From Klebsormidium nitens (Eukaryota > Plantae > Klebsormidiophyceae), in NCBI GenBank assembly GCA_000708835.1, contig DF237167.1, positions 73,274 through 137,273 of the forward strand: 64,000 bases of DNA, read 5' to 3'. A program made the position numbers and the translations under genes. This document shows, one piece after another, positions 1-12,846 of this stretch; the first letter of the stretch is position 1, and each line of letters begins with the position of its first letter. Below the pieces are notes generated by a model. The model worked only from the letters and a program-made list of their open reading frames with translations. It ran no database searches and was not told the DNA's origin.

Positions 1-419
1 CCACTGCTACTTGAGAACCTAAGAGGTGAAATTTGATTACTGTGTGACTTCACTGCAGAGCCTCTGCAAGGCACCCTTCGGTTCAAGCGCTCCTAACAAT
101 ATCTGGATGGCAGTCGCTTATGCAGGCTGAGTTTCCTAGGCGCCCTCGCTAGTCACAGCGAGGATCTATCCCTCCCAAAATAGTGCACCTGAATACGTAT
201 CTCGCAGCTGCTCAAATCATATTCAACTTATGAACCATCTGAGAAGCAGACAATCAAACGTTTCGTGGGAAATTGATTAGGGCGTTCAAAGCTGCATTTA
301 TGATACCAATTTAGTAGCGCCAACGCCGCCCAACCCACGATGTGGGCTGCTTTGAGTTTATAAGCTCAGGACGGACCTTTGTCATCAGCCTGCCAAAACC
401 TCTCTACTTTGGGTTCCCA

Positions 420-2781
420 ATGCCGCCACCAAGCGCAAATCCTGTCCGGCCCCATAGAACCTCCTTGAAGAATTGGTTTCGGAAAACCTTTGTCTCCCCA
501 CTGCTTTTCCTGGGTTTGGTAACCCTGATCTCCGGTGCTTTTGGTGGGTCATGGGGTTTCACCCTTGCACGACGGGCGAGTCACGGAGTGCGGGAGGACG
601 GCACGCAGAGGAGCGAGCTTCAATCAGATCTAGAAGGGACTGTTGGTGCAGCGTCACTTCTCCAGAGCGTCAAATTGAACGCACAATTTCGCACAATCCT
701 GATGCGTCCTCAGAAGCATGGGAAACTTACAGAAGCCAAGAAGAGCAGCCGAAGTCAGAAGCTAAGTATTGAAACTGATGAGGATCGCGGCGAGCTTTTA
801 GGGACGGGGGCAGCTGCGGAGAGCGGCCTAAGAGTGCAAGTGATTGAGGGCGGGCTCAAGGGATCCCTCCACGAAGAACCGGGATTCGTGCGCTGGCGCG
901 ACTCCGTCATTCTCCTCGGTTCTTTCAACGTTAGCAGAGACTATGCCCCGGTCTTGTCAGCCACCCACCATGAGCTCCTAGCGATTGGCAGCACCAGAAC
1001 CACAATCTACAATCTGACGACCGGTGACGTCACAATTGGGCCGGATTTCCCCGTGCTCATGCACCACCCGGCCGCAGCAATTTCCCCCGGGGGGGTGGTC
1101 CATCTGGTCGGAAGTGCCGACTGGAGTGACATGAGTAGTCCAAACAACGACGCGTTTCATTTCACTTGGGATGTCGAGGGGGGTGCAACGGACTGGATTG
1201 ACAGGGCGCGGGTTTTGGGGGCGGCGGGGGGGTTCAGCTGCGAGTTTCTCGGGGAGTTTATGTACTGCTGCGGAGGGGGAAGACGGCTTCAGGAACGGAC
1301 GGGGGATCTCCTTCGGGTCTATAATCCAGCAAACGACAGCTGGTCGGAGGCTGCCCCGCTGCCTGAGGTGCGTTAAATGTACTTGATTGTTTCAAAGGTG
1401 CTATGTATGCGTATTGCCGGGACCCCACAGAAATTCAAGCTGACTCTGGTGGTGCAAGTCATTTTGAAGCCTTGTTGCAACGGTATGTATTAATTCTGTC
1501 TCTGAGCTTTTGGGACCTCAACGTACAGCATAGCACCTGAATTGAGAAGCTCGTAGAGCAATGGCAGTGGATGAATTACGAGCCCATCAGTTCACACGAG
1601 TCTCGCACTTTTAATGAGAGCTTCCGGACAATTACGAATTTTTTCTGCATTGCGTATTCAGACCTCAAGGCCAGATTGTGAAAGTGGCACAACTTCTCTT
1701 TTGAACTTTGCAGATACTCAACATATCACATTTGTGCAGCGCTGGGTCCCTCCACGAGCTTTTGCAAAGCTTGTCGATATTGCTTGATACACATGATCTG
1801 CTATCTCTGACTCCTGGGCAACATCGTTCTCGTCGCAAGGATTCACGTCGAATCTAAGGACCGCCTTTCAGCAGTCTCCTAAATGCCTCTGAATGCCAGT
1901 CAACCCAGTTCATCGAAGTGCTTCCCGGTTTGAATGCTTTGCGTCTTTTTTTCCTGCAGCCAGCGGACCACGTCACACTGCTCGTCTATGAAGGCGAACT
2001 CTGGGGAGTCGGGGGCGCGTCAAGTTTCAACCCTAGATATGGAGCCTATAACCCAAAATTCACGTCACACGACCACTACCGGCACTCCATCACCCAGCTC
2101 GCGGTCTATAACCCGAGCACTAACCAATGGTTGGTTAAGCAACCACTGCCGTACTCCAGGGCGGCCCCGATTGTCGCTTTAGTTCAGCGCCCGGGGAAAC
2201 GGGCGAGCATGTTAATGGGAGGGGGCGAGGTGTATCTGGGTTCGAACGGGATGGCGGTGACGTCACTGTCCGAGTACGACTTTGGAGAAGACGTCTGGTG
2301 AGTAAAACTTGGGTTCAGTCACCTTTGTGAAGTACGAAGAGCGCCTTTCTGGTTCAGCTTCGGAATCCGATTTTACCCGATGCTACTTCCTGCCAAGGCC
2401 TTCGACGTGTACACCTTCTTTGCCTGTAATTCTTCAAAGCGATTACACAGAGGTTCCGCTTGCATTCGTATCATTAAAGTTTCCTCCACGCTCCAAAACA
2501 TGTGTCCTGCGCGCAGGTTCTGCCACGTGGATCCGCTTCCATTTCCGGTCTTCGGAGCGGGTTCCGCCCTCTGGAATGACAGATGGTACATCCTCGGGGG
2601 TGGGGAAAGCTACAATCTGGCGGCCACGGACCGCGTCATGATTGTCGACGTGGCCAATCTGCCTACCCCAGAGCCGTGCGCCGGTCAGCAGGGGAGACAG
2701 GAAAAGACGTGGTGGCAAACTAGAGCCGCGAGCTGGCAGAAAACCTTTCCCTACCCCAAGCAATTTTTGGAGAAGCGGTAA
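420..2781 (+). CDS. Type II membrane Kelch-repeat (beta-propeller) protein, copy A; 3 exons, about 516 aa
   Basis: Exons 420-1367 (GAG|gtgcgt), 1960-2297 (cag|CCA ... TG|gtgagt) and 2517-2781 (cag|G ... TAA) join in phase. N-terminal hydrophobic anchor (FVSPLLFLGLVTLISGAFGG) followed by Kelch motifs (MYCCGG...VYNPANDSWSEAAPLP; LWGVGG...YNPSTNQWLVKQPLPYSR; WYILGG). Confidence 0.85.
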
Positions 2782-5106
2782 GACTGTCAATGTCGAGAAT
2801 CCCTTCAGAGTCGACTGAGAAACATCGTGAAGTTACGAACTAGGATGCAGGAATGCCACAATCGCCCAGCTTCCACCGTTACAAGGTTATATTAGAACGC
2901 GCAGAACGAACATAATTGATTGGTACACCCGAAGAGCTTGCTTTCATGAGCAACCACTGCTTCATAACCTTCCAACCACGAGTCTGTCATTGGATTGGTA
3001 TGATACTGTAACCTGTTTAGACGCCTGCGGCCTGCATGCATTTAAAAGCGCTTCATATACAAGGTACACAAAACACAACGGCACTCTCAGCAAAGCAACG
3101 GTCGGAGAGCGTATGCCCAATATTAATAGTGTGCTCTCAAACCGAGAAACAGGCGCTTTCATAATATGATAAAAACGGGTTGGACATCATGAGATTCCAG
3201 CGTTTACTTGGTTGATCGACCCTCGGTAACTCCGGCGCATTCCCGTCCTGCACTACACGTCCAGAAGACGGATGCTTTCCGTACTCCCCGCCTACTACGT
3301 ACATGTTGATGCATTACTACCAGGCCTTGAGCTTTTTGCTGGGCCGGAGTTTCCCAGTGGAGCAGGCACTAGCTCAGTGCAGCAGGTGCAAGAGGAGCTG
3401 CCGGAGTACAAGGAGAAGCAGCGCTACATTAGGCGCGCGCGCGTGTCTGAGCGCGCAAGCGTACATCCTAAAGGCTCCTTAAGGGGGAGCCCGATCCCGG
3501 AATTTGCAGCAGCTGTTAACCGAAGCCCAAAAGGCGGGTTCGAGCGTCAGAACTAAGCAGTCTGCCGCGTCAGCTCCGCTTCCAGTTCCAATTCTCGAAA
3601 GGCTAAGTTTCGGGCTACAAGATAGAGGGTCAAGGCCGCCCTGATGGAGGCGACATACATTTACATGCCACTCTGAAAACTTGCAATTGCACGGGTTACG
3701 GCAGTGAGCTCAAGTTTCATGGGCAGGCTGCAGCACATAAAGCTACTTCGCGGATCCTCTCCGAGGTTTACAAACGCCACCAGCAAAGGGGTATTGTCGC
3801 GGCCCTGGAACGGGTAGAGATAGCGAGAGCGGAATTGACGCTTATAGCCTAGCTTAGAGTAAGTCGGTAAAGACGCGGAGCATGACGTTGAATGCGGTCA
3901 CTGAGTCTTGCCGGTTCATTCGTTTAGTCGACACTTGATCAATCATTCAATGATGTCATGATGTATTTTGATCACGATTCGATATGAAATCCGGAAGAAG
4001 AAGGCAATCAATGCAAGTGACTCCAGGTCACTCAGGCCACTAATCGTACTTCATCCTTCAATGAAAGTTAGCTAGATGCTAATCTACAAGTTCCGAAAGC
4101 GTCTGCAGACATGTCACTGTGGCACCAGCTCCAAGCTCAACGAGTTCAGAACTATGCACTTAGCACTTAAGCCTGGTACTACATCCTTCATTCCAATCAT
4201 TCAGCCCCGACCCTGGCACGGCATGGCATTCGGAGACTCAAGTAGATGCCATGATGGGGGTCTACCGGAATCATGTGGGCGTACGTAGTATCGGTCATGG
4301 GTTAGGGTATTATGACACGATCCGACCGTTTTACCGTTAAAAAAAAGTGGGTCTGTGTCGCTGCTTCGCATCCACATTAACTAACAGCAGCTTAGGGCTA
4401 ACATTGTAAATTGTAGCGTCACCCTCACAGTAATCATCCGTCGTAGATTGAACATGCACGTCAAAGGCTGTCCGACTCTATCCTTTAACACCAATCGATG
4501 ACTACATAAGCCGTTCTCAAGCCCCGCGAGCTTCACCGGTAGACCAACTCCGTTACTAAAAGTATCAGAGATCGAAGTAACCCCTCACAACAAACCACAA
4601 AGCAGTAGTAGCTCCCGCGCGCGCCTCTGATTGTAGCCCGCTTACTAACTCGACGGCTGGCCTTGGTCATGCTGACGTCTTCGCCAGTAGAAAGTCTGAA
4701 GAGATCCAATATAGGTAAAATCAGTTGAGTGTCCCAGCGAATCCGCATCCGGTATTGGCGCTGAAGTTTGAACAGACCAAGGCGACCTTGACCCGAGAAA
4801 TCCTCCTTGCGGCCCGCCGGTTTCGCAAAGTGACGGTAACCAACTTGTGCAACTGCAACACGTGTGTGCAATGGCGGTGCCTTCGGGCGGGGCCAATCTG
4901 AATCCGTCGATTTTCTAGACCCAACTTTCGAGTACCCAACACTTTCAAGGGCTCATCAGAGTCAGAAGAGAGAAGCGCCCACTAAGTGAAACACGCTTAG
5001 CGCTTCCGAGTCAATTCATACATCAAACAAAGATTAGACCGTCTTTCCTTCTGGCATAGGAGGCATCCAGCTTGTAGCGGATAACAAGGCTTCAGACCAG
5101 ACCTGA

Positions 5107-8100
5107 TCAGGCAAGCTTGCCTCGGGCAGAAGAAAGGAGACAGAAGATTCCCGCGAGCTTGGAACTGAAGTGAGAAACAGCATAACGATTCAACCTACCG
5201 CTTTCAGCAGTCTTGAGCGCCGTACATTCATGCTGCTCCGATAGATGCGAGAGCCGCTTTTGAAGGAGCGCACAGATGACGAGAAACCCGGAACACATGG
5301 CGAACATGGCCGTCAGCGAGAAGGAGCTCACCTGCAAGAAAAGATACCATGACGTCACCAGCCGGGCCGCTGACGTCCACATCCGATGTCAAGCTGATGT
5401 TCCGGTCGTCAATCAAGCGCAACCGAAAAGGCAGTGACCGCACCTACTCGAGGTTACTACGACTATTCAGGCTTCGGTATTTGGTCCTATGACGGCTGTG
5501 CATCACTTTGCACGCCCCTAGCAAGGATGAGAGCTGCTTACTGTCAGGATACACCAGGAACGCTCTTGAAGGGCTTTTGGTTGGATCGGAATACTATCAA
5601 TATCGATCACAACCGAAACTTCCTGAGAAATGGCAAATCTTGGTGGAAGGCAAGGAGTACCTAGTCCGAGAACCTATTTCTTGCCCTTTCGGATGTTTTT
5701 GTCTGAAATTCAAAGCAAGACCCGCAGAAATTCCACAAACGGGGGACCGTCTGATGGTTCTGGCCACCCTTTCAATCTTTCTCTAGCGCAGCCTTCATCG
5801 GTAAATCTATTGACTCTTCAACGATCTTATCATCCGGCTCTAAAGAGTCGCTGCTCCGTTTTTTGGGCGGCGTTGTTTTGATATTAAGCCTTTCCAATAG
5901 GACTACCGCAACGGCGTTGAGTCCAGCGCACATTCCAAAAACAGTGACGCCTGTGTAGCTTTTCACCTAGATCACGGCATGAAGAAAAGGGACCGTCAGA
6001 CTTGAGAAAATTTTGGAAAACGATCTGTAAGAATCAGCACTGGCATGTGTAAAAAGTATCTGTTAAATGCCCAAAACCACCCCGAGGACTACATACGTGA
6101 ACACGATAAAAAAGGAGGAGGAAAGCTGCGTAGGGGATGGAAGGGAGAGCTGAAAGGTGACATGCCAGATTATTTACAAACCAGTGCAGAATAAAGATAG
6201 CGAGTATCGGGCCTAGAGGAGCCTAGACGATTAACCGTTGGCGAGATGCTCGTGAGGAACTCACAGCAAACGCGGACGGGATGTGAAACGGAACGGGAAG
6301 GACGAAGGAGAGCGGCGTTTGCTTTGAGAGTCAAATCACAAAAGATAAAAAGACCGGGAAGGTGAGCGGGACTTCCTTACGTTGTACAGGACGAGGCAGA
6401 CAAAAACGTTGAGCGGAATCCGGAACATGTTCATAATGGTCGACCGGCTCTCCTCGGGAATGTACTGGGAACGCAACTTCATGATGCTGGGCCAGAAGAT
6501 TCCGACACACACTTCAAAGATCAGGAAGCCCAGCAGTTGCAAACGGCCCCCTGGTGTCAATCCCCCGCCAGAAGTAACCGTGGGCTCGTATATAAGCTGC
6601 AAGGTCAAGATGAGAGCCAGGTTAATCAATGGGGTTATTTAGCCCAGTAGACGCTAAAAAAGCAACTAAGCTACTTTGCAGATGGATAGATCACATGATA
6701 AGACATGAGCTTAGCAATATGGCCAGAAAGGGTGAGGAAAAGCTCGGGATGCCGCATGTATTAGTGCGCACAAAGACGCTAGCTTCTTTGAGAGGATGAC
6801 GGTATCCATACTTACTCGAAACGTGATACGGGTATCCTTACGAGCTAAATGGATTCACGAGTCTTGAAGTATCAGTATTTAAAGCCCGGAAAATACGTCA
6901 AAATAGCGCCTTTGGAACGTACTTTGGAACGTACTTTGGAACGCACAAAATCAGGAACACTCAATCGCTCCTAAAAGAAGGAATCGGCGTCAGCGCTTTT
7001 GTCCAGAAGGCGGGGATGGAAACGAAACCAAAGCTCTAACTTACGACTTTTTGATATTTCCGTATGGACTGCAGATTTGCTTGCAAATCTCTCCTGGGCA
7101 TGTCCTTTTGCCCGGGAGTCAGAGGGCTACGTTCATCCAGCCTCGAAACACCAGATTGACAATTCGCTGGTAGTGAAACATCCTTTGATTCCAGACGGAA
7201 TCAAGCGAAGACGAAAATCAGGTTCAAACGATATGCCATATTGCTATGAAACCACAAAACCCTATTCTTGTCACTTCTGTAAAAGAACAGGTTGTTGGAC
7301 CTAGTCAAACAGTGCTGACCAAGACGAATCGTGGAGGAGCTTTGCAGGGAGTGCTTTTTTTAGGTGACCTCTGATTGATCGAGATCCAACCTCCCTTGTC
7401 TTTCCCGCTCCCTTCAAAGGAGCGAGTACCAGATTTAGCGAGGCCGCTTCCGGGTTAATCCGGTCCCGCTTTAGAACACTGCTGAGAATGGTGTTAAGTT
7501 ATCCACCTGGTTGAAGACCGGGACCAGAAGCGCGGCGCTTGACACCATAAAGACGTATTGCATGTAGTACTCCACGCGCGTCGACCGGGCCATCAGACGG
7601 GAGGCGATGCTGCTCCCGATCATAGACGCGAGCATAAAGGTGGCGAAGATGAACCCGTGGGGAATGTTCTGTCCATTTGGGCTGAGAGCGGGCGTCCACA
7701 GGAACACGAACGTGTACATAGACCCTTCGAAGAGAGCCTGGATCGCGCCGAGAAGGGCAATCTTCTCATCTGCGCAAGGAAAAGTGGCACGGTTGGATCA
7801 GTAATAGCAACTGTTGGACACTAGGCGCGGGCTCTCGAGAAAGGCTGAGATCAGATGGGCCCTTGGAAGAGCGACTTTAACGCCCCTGAACTTGCTACTT
7901 CTGGAACGCGCGCAAGAGGAAAGGTAATGCTGTGTCGGGATTCGGAGTTGTGGTAGAAGGAGCGGGGAAGACGGACAGTGTCATCTCTCGCGAAGCAAAC
8001 CGAATTTCGGTAGATCTTTAATGCTGCCAAGTAAAACGTCATCGTCTTTCCGCAAGATGAGAACGTCCCCAAAGGGCGACTGCTTTCCCAAGTTCTCCGT

Positions 8101-11053
8101 TTTCCTATGGCAGGGAAAACGGAACGTCCATCAGGCTTCGCCCGAGTCGTGCGTGTATAGCCACTTCTAACGCTGCAAGCGTCGATGCGGAACAAGCGGT
8201 GTGCTGCCACGCTTCAAAGGCAAATATTACAGAAGAAGCACGTGGGGGAGCACACTTGTAAAGTTCACATCGGTCGCCCTAAGACGAGCATATACGCAGA
8301 TCCGCCGTTTAGGCATAATGCAAATCCGCGGAATAAAGTCAGTGTACTGCAAGAGCGGGCGGAGATCAGCCGGAGCCGTCAGCTCACCAGCCACGATCGA
8401 GTTCCACGCCTGCTGGAACTGCTGCTGCAACGTCTTCTTCTCGTCCGTCTCCCCGTAGTTCTCGGGCCACGTCTTCAGAATGACGCCGCACCCGATCGCC
8501 AGGAAACACGCGGCGGTGTCAAACGGCGCCACAGGCCCGAGGTTAAGATCCACAACTAGGAAGTTGGCGAGGAGCCCCGCAAGAATTGCGACCAGTCCAT
8601 TGCCCAGGAAGATAGCTTTGGAGAACGTGAGGGACAGCCACTGGGGCTCAAAATTGTGCTGCGGAGAAGAGCGATACGTTCGTTTCGCACCTTCAGCGGG
8701 TTACTTGACATTCTCCAAGTGATCCTTCATGGCAGTCTATTGTTTAGAGAGTGTTAGGCAACTACAGGCGTCGATCAGAAGGGAGCTAGCAGTCGCAACA
8801 AGCGGAACCACTTCCAATGAGAAGTGGCTTCATTGTGAACCTTTGTAAGCTTGATCGTGGTTCTCCTCAATGACAGTCCTTGGATCAGCTTCCTTAGGCG
8901 GTCCGAAACGGTCCGCAACAAGATCGAGGAAGTATCCTCCGTGCTTACGTTCTCACCCATCTCGATCTAAGGAAAATTGGATCGCTGGTGAACGCTCATC
9001 AATACCGTCAACGGCCCTTGTGATACGAGAGGGTCCTTTCAAAAGCAGCGGAGAACCAAAGCGCGTCTAGATTGAAGCGAGTCTGGTCAAACTAGGCATG
9101 GATTCGTGGGTGGCCCATGTAGCTGTCCCAGTAACCTTCAAGGCTGCAGATTTGATTTTCCTTTACTGCGAAACAGCAGGTGAGACTGCGGCGGAATGAA
9201 AGAGTCGGTTGGAGCTTTTTGGGCGCTGACTGGGGATGCATCTGCTCGACTTTACCCAGGGGAGAAGATGCCGCGCTGGGCCCAAGCAGATGTTTGGAGG
9301 GACACTTCCACACTGTTATTGCGGACCAAGTATATAGCTGACGGCGAGGATTGCAGGCTTGTAACGATCTTGCAACTCTTCGGAACAATACCTTACGGCC
9401 ATGTGACTTTCTTTGACTGGCGCACGTAGATTTTTCCTTTGCAAACCTTTCAGCGCACCAGTCCAACGAGCACAAAACCGGGTTGCATACCCTGGTCCAC
9501 CAACCCTACAATTGCTTCTGGTGGGCCTGGAAACTTTGTAAGATGAACATGATCTATCTTGACCTGCATCTGGACCCAGCAAAAGCCCCAGTGCAGCTTC
9601 ACATACCTTGAAGTGCTCCGCGACCAACCATGATTCGAAAGCCGAGAAGAGCAGGCTCGTTGCGATTCCCCCCAGGATGCGACCGACCAATAGGAATGCG
9701 AACCTTGGGGAGTGCTTCGTCCAGCAGCTGAGTATGTAGGAGACACAGTAGAGGACGCTTGCGAGCCTCCGACCGCTGCAGAGGGGCAGAAGAAAGTTTG
9801 CTTGCTTAAACAATTGAGCGACGGTTCCAGGCGAACTATGGCCGCTAGAACACCTTACTCAACCTACTACGGAGACAAATTTCATATCTCGGTGCACGTG
9901 TTCTGGTAAAAACAGAATCTGTTGGGCAAGCAGTGGAGCACAGCTTACATAAAGACTTTCAATGTGAAGAGGCTAGCTTGTCTTCCAGACACTGTTCGCA
10001 GGAGACACAGAGGCTCTCGACGGCATACCTCAGGGTTTCAGCAGTTTTTGATGCTTTGGAAAAGAAACACTTTTTGAGCTCATTTGCATACGATGGGGGT
10101 TCCAAAGACAAAGAAGAGCGACCCTACGCTTTCAACAGACAAGCGTGACCTGTGACCTTGCTCTATCGGAAACATGCAGATGAGACCTGATCAGAAGTCT
10201 CTGCTGAGTTCATTCACGAGATTTTTTGAATGGGGCCAGAGATGCGGAGACTCACTGCTTGTCTGCCAAGGACCCCACAATTGTTCCGAATACCATCGAC
10301 GATCCAAACCCTGCAATGAAGAGCCGTCCAATATCCCCCTGGTCGTATCCATAGTGCTGATATAATGCATAGACGTAAGGGCCCTGTAGCCAGTCGCCAG
10401 CTGCACGCATGAAAATTCAAGTAAGGTTCCCCTTTCACCAAAAACCGCTCAGGCCTCCAACCCCTCTGGTCCACATATACCACCCCTCTGGTCCATATAA
10501 CCACCCATGTAAGCCTTTTGTGGAATCAAAGGTGGCCAGAATGGAAGTCAGTCGGTAAAATTGGAGCAATTGCATTGAGTTTGTTGCTCGCAGATGAGCT
10601 CTCAGACTTTTCTGCGAAGGCCATCTAGACGAACTTCGGCTAGAGCTGCAGAGCATGGTGCCAAAACTTGCAAGAAAGAACTGCAAGCGTCTTTGCAGGG
10701 TCTGTTCGTACCAGCAAAGTGCAAAGAGGACCCAGACACACAGATAGTGCGAGCTATGCTCACGGTTGATGATGCGACATAATGCCGAGAAGACTCAGGA
10801 CATTCGCCAATAAGAATGGCAACTAACCAAGCTGAGCTGAGCAGCCAGAGCAGTTGTTATTGCCGGTGAAGTATGTAGCTAGTAGCTTGAAGAGGCACTT
10901 ACCCATCATCAGGCTGTATACAAGAAGGTAGTTGTTCTTGAAAGCTTCAAAGCTGGGGATCGTGACAAACGTGTCCTTCTGCCCTTTTGACAACTCTGAG
11001 ACACCGCAGATTGCCGCCAGAGCCCCAAACACAATGTAGTAGAAGTTTTCCAT
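5107..11053 (-). CDS. MFS transporter of the MFSD5/MOT2 (molybdate-anion transporter, DUF791/MFS_5) family; at least 7 exons, 3' end uncertain
   Basis: Exons 11053-10903, 10400-10256, 9775-9607, 8658-8388, 7769-7507, 6596-6381 and 5331 onward join in phase with GT-AG borders. Family motifs: AGDWLQGPYVY, RILGGIATSLLFSAFESWLVAEH, ALFEGSMYTFVFLWTPAL, EVCVGIFWPSIMKLRSQYIPEE. Confidence 0.9.
6910..6943. repeat. 12-bp tandem repeat (CTTTGGAACGTA, about 2.8 copies) in an MFS intron
   Basis: Read directly in the sequence. Confidence 0.8.
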
Positions 11054-12082
11054 GATGAAAGCTGTGCTGATCCAAGCTCGCCGTTCTAGCGCCGTTGAAA
11101 CATGACGTCCTTTATCTTTCTAATATTCCAGACACTCCAAAGACGGGAGCTGAAGCGGGCTAGGAACAGGTCGAGCTGGCCACTAAGCACCGGCGAAGAC
11201 GCGAAGCCTGAGCAGGATACTAGGTTGGGTTTTAAACTGGGAGAACGAGCTCCCAAAAACAATCATTGCTCTTTAATCAGACAAGAACAGCTCCAGCTCG
11301 GCCACCTGTTGGTTGGCCAGGAGATATCCACCGCAAGTCACAAGTGTCCAAACAAATCTCTCGATCTGGTGGTGCATTGCAGACTGCAGTCGCCCACAGT
11401 ATCACCGGCTTACTGTGTTCAGTGGCAAAGCTGGCGGTGTCGCTCAGAACATTTCAAGTTTAGGATCCCTGTCACTGACATTAATGACATCAGTGCAGTG
11501 TGGGACTTAAGGAAGATGATTTCTGTCTGCTCAGCTAGAAACAGTTTCAAGAGTGAGATGAGCACAACAACCACTGCAAGTTCAACTTCAAGTGAGCAAA
11601 CAGATTAACATGAGGATCCGCACGCGCGCGTCCAGGTATCAAGACCCGTCATACCGGTTCGGTTGATGTCAAGTTCTGAATAGAAAAGTACTGTCTATTT
11701 ACAATTTGGAGCTCCCTGAAACTAACATCTCTAAGAGGAACCGGCACAGATCCCCGGCTCTAGCCGGCTGACTTCACGTGGGGCGCGCCCAACCGCGGCA
11801 AGACTAGGGACTACAACCGTGACCGTTTACAAGTAGCCCGCGCTCTAGATTGATATGTACCGGTACATGCGAAATAGGTAGCTGCAGAAAGCCGGCGCTT
11901 CCAAGGCAATCTACATTGCCATTGGGAAACCTGAGCCTCAATGTCAGGAATAGCCGCCATGATGATGAAGATGTTCGCAGCACTGGTTCCAGGGAGCGCA
12001 GTTGCAGACCGTCCCTTGCGCACTACCAAGCTCAATACGATTCTACGCCGCTTCTGCTCTTACCACCGCAGAAAGAAGAGAA

Positions 12083-12838
12083 GTGAGCTCAACAGTGCAG
12101 ACAGCTATAGCTACAAATGAATCTCTGGTCATGAGGGACATGAGCTGGTCGTGACCTCAATGAACCACTTGAAAGTCAACAGACCTTGCCCAAACCAAGT
12201 GGACAGTGCCATTCCAACATTCTCCTCTCCGATTGCTCCGCAAAAGGTGCTCAGGAAGCAGGTAAGACATACTCGCTGTCTCAGCAATCATGCGGATGGT
12301 TTTGCATTTGTGCCGCTTTGCATATTCATAAAAGCGGTGCACAAATATCTGAAGCATGCTTGCACAAAGTGGGGTGCGATAAAGATTGGAAGTTTTAGGC
12401 GGTATAATGCTGACTGGGTTTCGTTTTTGGCGCGAGCTTTTGTCACAGTCCTGCAAATTGTGGAAGGCTGATCTTGAAATCTTTGCAGAAGGCCAAACAT
12501 CCAGCAATTGATGCCTTCTTGCCAAGGACTTCATAGATTACAGCTCAGACTGCTAAAATCTGAGCTGCTGAAAAATTTTCCTCCATGATTGGCTCAACCT
12601 CAAAATGCTGTCAATGCGCGTGCACCCCTGGCCTAGTCATCCCACAGGCCTTTCGATTGGCTGTTTGAAAAGTGGACTAAAGTGCTGTTATCTCATCGGT
12701 TGCTTCAAGACCTTGCGCTCATCAAAATGGTACCTGTTATCGTGTGCTCATGACTGCGTTACTGTAAGCCAGACCTACGTCAGGAAAGCTAGGCCCTTCA
12801 ATATGTACCTTCGCAGACATGTGCTTTGTTGTCTGCAG
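12083..12838 (+). other. Probable 5' UTR intron of the SAM synthetase gene
   Basis: Donor GAGAA|gtgagc at 12083 and acceptor tttgttgtctgcag| at 12838, 8 nt before the ATG. Inferred from splice signals only. Confidence 0.45.
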
Positions 12839-12846
12839 TAGCCACA

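Noticed and set aside
342-419. GTG start and N-terminal 26 aa given by the ORF track for Kelch copy A
   Set aside because: The host is eukaryotic, and the first in-frame ATG is at 420, which matches the paralog's ATG at 34350.
5434-5881. Short plus-strand ORFs inside the last transporter intron
   Set aside because: No domain similarity and no consistent splice structure.
11102-11608. 168-aa plus-strand ORF between the transporter and MAT
   Set aside because: It lies in the probable UTR/promoter region of the transporter and has no recognisable motifs or exon signals.
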